Virus record (IMG/VR): IMGVR_UViG_3300048813_000140
Span: 1-50,701 of that record
Reading direction: 5' to 3' (one strand)
Length of the DNA: 50,701 nucleotides
Origin: a virus
Taxonomy: Duplodnaviria > Heunggongvirae > Uroviricota > Caudoviricetes
Below are positions 46,868 through 50,701 of this stretch, one piece after another. Below the pieces are notes generated by a model. The model had not been told where the DNA came from. It made no database searches and was given only the letters and a program-made list of their open reading frames with translations. Numbering within the stretch: the first letter of the stretch is position 1; each line of letters begins with the position of its first letter. The position numbers and the translations under genes are program-made.

Positions 46868-47812
46868 TTACAAGGAGTTTTCGTAGACGAATAGATTCTT
46901 GCCGTCTTCGCCATAATAATTGATTCCCAAAAGTAGATTGAACTGGATGACCTTGTTGGGATCATTTGGGTCAACCGAGACTTGACGCACCCAGTTAAGA
47001 TCTACCGACTTAACCCGTTTCAAAAGCGGGTTATAGAACTTAACTTCAAACGGGTACGACAGATCCATGACGGCGCAAGGGACGATTTCTTTGACTACGG
47101 TCCCTTTGGGGAGAATTGACAGATAATCTGCGATTTGTTCTTGTAACATGGCGTCAGTGTGTTTGGTAGTATCGCCACCAAGAATGGCCGTATTCCAGTA
47201 TGAAACGTAGATTCCAGCCAGAAACTCGCCGTCAGATAGGATAGGTCTAATATCGCCAAAATGGTTTCCAATACCGCCTTCAAGGGTATAGACATGTTTG
47301 TGGGTTTCAGCAATATAGTCGACTTGGATATGGGGAACGAGGACGAAGCAGAACACGGCTACAGTAGGTGCTTGTTTTGGCATCCTGGCCAGTTTAAGGA
47401 TTGACATTGGGGCTAGACAGGAATGGATGAGTCCTTCCTGGGAAAGCCTATTGATGGTGTTTGCGATAATTTCGACGCCTTTTTCAACTTCTTCAGGACG
47501 GGTCTGAATTGAAAAATATACACTTCTGAAGAATTGACCATCGTCGTATTTGACGGTAAGCGTCGCGGACTTACGTTTAAGGTCTTCTTTGGCACCGTCA
47601 GATAGGTACTTGTCAGCCATTTCAGAAACGTCCGTAACATGAATGGCTGACCCTACCGTAAGTTTTTCAGCAACTGGCTGAGCTTCCAAATCTTTGGCGA
47701 GTTCTTCCACTTCTTTAATAAGTGATTCGTCAATATTCATGTTTTCTAGGTTTTTGGCGATTTTTTTTAAATTTTCTTCTGCTCGTTCTTCAAGTGTTTT
47801 ATTTTCAGACAT
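46868..47812 (-). CDS. Hypothetical protein (314 aa)
   Basis: AGGAG ribosome-binding site; acidic helical N-terminus; no family assigned. Confidence 0.8.
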   Translation of the reverse strand: MSENKTLEERAEENLKKIAKNLENMNIDESLIKEVEELAKDLEAQPVAEKLTVGSAIHVTDVSEMADKYLSDGAKEDLKRKSATLTVKYDDGQFFRSVYFSIQTRPEEVEKGVEIIANTINRLSQEGLIHSCLAPMSILKLARMPKQAPTVAVFCFVLVPHIQVDYIAETHKHVYTLEGGIGNHFGDIRPILSDGEFLAGIYVSYWNTAILGGDTTKHTDAMLQEQIADYLSILPKGTVVKEIVPCAVMDLSYPFEVKFYNPLLKRVKSVDLNWVRQVSVDPNDPNKVIQFNLLLGINYYGEDGKNLFVYENSL

Positions 47813-47835
47813 TTGGGTTTTCTCCTGTTTCCTTT

Positions 47836-47847
47836 GTTATATCACAC
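47836..47847 (-). promoter_or_regulatory. Extended -10-type promoter motif GTGTGATATAAC
   Basis: Same motif family recurs upstream of minus-strand genes at 6722, 18537, 27941, 40066 and 43507. Confidence 0.55.
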
Positions 47848-48268
47848 GTTAGGGGCTCAGCCCCGAATCCATTCCAAATTGATTCGCAGTCACATAGGCG
47901 TCCATCACGGAGCGCATCAGATGTGTGTAAATTGGATCTGACAGGGCTCAGTCACATAGGGCATCACTTTGGGGATTATGGTGTTTATAGCGGCTTTGTA
48001 GTCGAAAGGGGCAAATTTAGGATCGGGAGACGCATCAGTTAGAGACGCCCAAGGGAAGAGTATTGGGGAATTTTTCTGGAAATATTTTTTGCTATTAGAT
48101 TGTAAAATTTACATCGAATCTATAAAATCCATGAGCAAGTACATCAGGGGCTTGACTCAATCTAATACGAAAACCCCGATAAACCCGTATTCCCTAACAA
48201 AATCGCTCCTATAGACTGTACTATGCACTGGCCTTCTCATTTCTCTGGTACGACTCAATAGGTCACTC

Positions 48269-48286
48269 AATCAAAGACCGTGCCAG
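48269..48286 (-). promoter_or_regulatory. Second, imperfect sigma54-like element
   Basis: CTGGCACGGTCTTTGATT: perfect -24 TGGCACG, with GA in place of GC at -12. Confidence 0.4.
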
Positions 48287-48297
48287 ACCGTTCCCCC

Positions 48298-48315
48298 TTG
48301 CAAGTATAATGCCAG
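48298..48315 (-). promoter_or_regulatory. Sigma54-type -24/-12 promoter
   Basis: CTGGCATTATACTTGCAA: GG-N10-GC with TGGCA and TTGCA intact. Confidence 0.7.
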
Positions 48316-48326
48316 TCTGTAGTATG

Positions 48327-48595
48327 GTCACTCAATTTAGTCGGACGTCCAACTCGACAGTGCACGCGTCGGAGGTCTCTCATTTAATTTAGTCACGAAT
48401 ATAGTCAATGAATTCAATCATTTAGTTTGTCCCAAAACGAGACAGCATTTCGCAGTTCTCGTCTGTCACGAATATAGTCAATGAATTCAAATAGATATAG
48501 ATACACAGATGCCCGACGAGTTTACGTCAGGCATTTAAGGCGCGGTCAGTGAGTGAGGCGCGTATATAGTAGTAGTTTCGACTAAATTGAGTGAC
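48327..48595. repeat. 17-bp perfect inverted repeat pair
   Basis: GTCACTCAATTTAGTCG (48327-48343) and CGACTAAATTGAGTGAC (48579-48595). Confidence 0.9.
48392..48490. repeat. 26-bp direct repeat pair
   Basis: GTCACGAATATAGTCAATGAATTCAA at 48392-48417 and 48465-48490 (period 73). Confidence 0.9.
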
Positions 48596-48881
48596 AGGTC
48601 TCCATGGACACGACGGACCTATTAAGGGGTCTATATGTCTAAACATGCCGTGAGGGGTCTAAACATGCCATATGTTACCATACATATAATATTAGTACAG
48701 AGACAAGATTCGTGTATGTTTTTGAAACGTTTACACTATAGACAGCCACACAAAAGTTATACAGTGTACTAAGATCTGGGTAACACTCATGATTTTTGAA
48801 TATACCTAAATAGTGACCATACGTTCGACAGCATCCCGAATTTAGACTTAATAGTATTGAGGTGTTATCCTATTTAGTTTC

Positions 48882-48897
48882 GGGCACGAAGTCTGCA
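48882..48897 (+). promoter_or_regulatory. Sigma54-type -24/-12 promoter
   Basis: GGGCACGAAGTCTGCA: GG-N10-GC, about 45 nt upstream of ATG 48943. Confidence 0.6.
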
Positions 48898-48942
48898 ATA
48901 TAGATCTGTGTCGGTCCTAAACAACTAAACAAAGGGGTCTAT

Positions 48943-49458
48943 ATGTACGGCATACACGTTGAATCAAGTAGCATGACAGGTCGCCTCATGTCTAATAAGC
49001 GTTATAATGAGTTGAGACTTCAAATGTCAACGGGCGAGTATGGCACGCATACCGCTATTAAAATTAAGACCTCAACTCTAAGTGTTATAATGAAGAGCGA
49101 AACGTCAACTCATTGCTATTTAGAACTAAATGGCGACTCATGTAACGTGACTCTTCGTTTCGACAGAGGTGATACCGCGCGTATATGCGGTTATCCTCAA
49201 GAATGGCTGTTACACGATCAGACAGACCCATATGACCATGATAGCGATACAACGGGCGCCGATCTTTTTGAATGCGATACGATACCTGAACATGTCACTC
49301 AATATGTCTCTAAGGATTTAGAGTGCTCCATACTCCAATTGCTATTAAAATGCGTTACTAAACAGTTTCAAGACCCCTCATGGTCCGACTCATGCGATGA
49401 CGCGACTCGACAAGACGTTATTAATAAAATCGAGAATGCTATTAAGGCGTTGTCATGA
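48943..49458 (+). CDS. Hypothetical protein (171 aa)
   Basis: AAGGGG ribosome-binding site; first plus-strand gene after the strand switch. Confidence 0.75.
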   Translation: MYGIHVESSSMTGRLMSNKRYNELRLQMSTGEYGTHTAIKIKTSTLSVIMKSETSTHCYLELNGDSCNVTLRFDRGDTARICGYPQEWLLHDQTDPYDHDSDTTGADLFECDTIPEHVTQYVSKDLECSILQLLLKCVTKQFQDPSWSDSCDDATRQDVINKIENAIKALS

Positions 49459-49538
49459 GTCAACTGTTAACTGCAATCGTGGCATCATATGGCGTGGGTC
49501 TCGTTATCGGGACTTTAATCTGTAAACTATTAATATAA
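49455..49538 (+). CDS. Putative 27-aa single-TM peptide
   Basis: MSQLLTAIVASYGVGLVIGTLICKLLI; ATGA overlap with the upstream gene. Confidence 0.45.
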   Translation: MSQLLTAIVASYGVGLVIGTLICKLLI

Positions 49539-49661
49539 CTAAATAAAGTGAGGTATATCATGGTCGAAACCGACGACAGTCGAGTATGGTGAGGCGTATT
49601 CAAACATATATGGTGACTAAATACTTAATTTTATTAATAAACTTTAAAATAAGGGGTCTAT

Positions 49662-49925
49662 ATGTCTACAGAGACTAAATTGCAATATATTGAATACGTT
49701 CGAAACCAACTCAAGACCATCGACAAGACCGATGCCGTTGCGTCGTACGATACGGGTTTCGGTCTTGATATAGTCGATACGCATTTAGGCGACGAAGTGC
49801 ACTGTATGGACGTCCGATGTCACTCAATATTAAAAATCAGACCGCCCAATATTCAAGGTAATGAATGGTATACGGCGTGGAAGCACGCGAAACGCATGGT
49901 GCGCACTTTTTGCAAACAATTATAA
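49662..49925 (+). CDS. Hypothetical protein (87 aa)
   Basis: Same AAGGGGTCTAT leader as the gene at 48943. Confidence 0.75.
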   Translation: MSTETKLQYIEYVRNQLKTIDKTDAVASYDTGFGLDIVDTHLGDEVHCMDVRCHSILKIRPPNIQGNEWYTAWKHAKRMVRTFCKQL

Positions 49926-49932
49926 GTACTTA

Positions 49933-49959
49933 GGCTGTCTCGTTTTGGGACAGCCTTTT
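49933..49959 (+). terminator. Intrinsic terminator-like hairpin
   Basis: GGCTGTCTC-GTTTT-GGGACAGCC followed by TTTT, 8 nt after the stop at 49925. Confidence 0.65.
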
Positions 49960-49980
49960 GCAGTTATCGTCTGTAGCATA

Positions 49981-49993
49981 TAACTAATTGATT
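49981..49993 (-). promoter_or_regulatory. IHF consensus site
   Basis: AATCAA-TTAG-TTA matches WATCAA-N4-TTR. Confidence 0.6.
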
Positions 49994-50007
49994 TTATTAA
50001 TATATGC

Positions 50008-50238
50008 TGTGTGACCATGCTGTGTGACCATGCTGTCACGGCACTGTGTGACCATGCTGTGTGACCATGCTGTGTGACCATGCTGTCACGGCACTGTGTG
50101 ACCATGCTGTCACGGCACTGTGTGACCATGCTGTCACGGCACTGTGTGACCATGCTGTCACGGCACTGTGTGACCATGCTGTGTGACCATGCTGTCACGG
50201 CACTGTGTGACCATGCTGTCACGGCACTGTGTGACCAT
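50008..50238. repeat. Two-unit tandem array: A=TGTGTGACCATGC (12 copies, last partial), B=TGTCACGGCAC (7 copies)
   Basis: Parsed order A A B A A A B A B A B A B A A B A B A(11 nt); no mismatches seen between copies. Confidence 0.95.
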
Positions 50239-50288
50239 ATGTTTGAAACTACTACTAATAGTGACATGAGGCACTTTTTGAGACAGTC

Positions 50289-50301
50289 TAACCTATTGAT
50301 T
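50289..50301 (-). promoter_or_regulatory. IHF consensus site
   Basis: AATCAA-TAGG-TTA matches WATCAA-N4-TTR. Confidence 0.6.
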
Positions 50302-50520
50302 TCTAAATATGGGATTCTCAATCAGGGATTTTGAAAAAAAGCCCATATTGCAAATGCCATGCCAACGTATCATAATGAGACATTCCAATCCAATAAGTCC
50401 CAGTATTGATCTAGGTTTGGGACTCTCACATATTCCAATGCTAATATACGACCTAGCATATTGCATAGAGTCTTTAGATATTCAGGTATCGTCAAGTATT
50501 AAGATTTTTGAGTTTCATAT

Positions 50521-50560
50521 GTATTTCATTGTATGTATTTCATTGTATGTATTTCATTGT
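50521..50560. repeat. 14-bp tandem repeat (about 3 copies)
   Basis: GTATTTCATTGTAT twice plus GTATTTCATTGT. Confidence 0.85.
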
Positions 50561-50701
50561 TTTTAGATTGAATTGTTCAATCAATTGCCCGTACGTCTAG
50601 GAATATATTTTGCGTTTACATAGTGTATAACATAATTAAAGTATATCCATTGTGGCGTACAAAACAATACAGAGTAGGGGAGTGGGTCTTTTTTGACTTT
50701 C

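Noticed and set aside
19866-47640. Further shadow ORFs (e.g. 19866, 22194, 23008, 23480, 24942, 27218, 29143, 32443, 33550, 35736, 36888, 37592, 38516, 39644, 42624, 44029, 45124, 47095, 47413)
   Set aside because: They overlap confidently assigned genes on the opposite strand or frame.
47722-48042. Track ORF 47722..48042 (+)
   Set aside because: Overlaps the start and promoter of the 314-aa minus gene; composition not gene-like and no RBS.
48392-48490. Mini-CRISPR (26-bp repeat, 47-bp spacer)
   Set aside because: Only two copies, not palindromic, and the spacer is itself a repeated regulatory-like element. Kept as a direct repeat only.
50008-50238. CRISPR array
   Set aside because: Units are 11-13 bp, directly adjacent and have no unique spacers; no cas genes in the window.
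50008-50238. CRP box in the array
   Set aside because: TGTGA and TCAC are separated by 8 bp, not the 6 bp CRP requires.
49920-50334. Track ORFs 49920..50321 (-) and 50074..50334 (+)
   Set aside because: These are translations of the A/B tandem array (HSAVTAWS / RHCVTMLS repeats) with no RBS; they are open only because the repeat lacks stops.

Overview
This is a 50.7 kb piece of a large, apparently lytic, contractile-tailed (myovirus-type) dsDNA phage genome using the standard code, with about 40% GC by eye. No integrase, CRISPR array or intact tRNA was seen. (1) 1-27.9 kb is a minus-strand tail/baseplate operon: a tail fibre running off the left edge, fibre-like proteins, a tube-like protein, wedge proteins, a 2622-aa baseplate-J-like giant, a LysM/gp25 fusion, spike, hub and tape measure. 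It is interrupted by a GIY-YIG endonuclease, a plus-strand island (Zn-finger, lytic transglycosylase, DEDDh exonuclease) and a CPBP protease. (2) 28-47.8 kb is a dense, mostly minus-strand metabolic/accessory region: dUTPase, ThyX, probable class II RNR, 5'-nucleotidase, peptide deformylase, RNA ligase, HAD and metallo-phosphatases, nucleotidyltransferase, GGQ release-factor-like protein, Fis-like HTH, AAA ATPase, COQ7-like di-iron protein, three HNH genes (one broken by an in-frame TAA) and decayed tRNA-like elements. (3) 47.8-50.7 kb is a strand-switch region that is mostly non-coding and very structured: sigma54-type -24/-12 elements, nested inverted and direct repeats, a recurrent GTCACTCAAT 10-mer, and a two-unit (13 bp/11 bp) tandem array bracketed by two consensus IHF sites. 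The most unusual signals are this right-end architecture, the tRNA-like minihelices, a candidate AATCTT late-promoter motif and the modular giant baseplate protein. All protein family calls come from motif recognition by eye, not from database searches.
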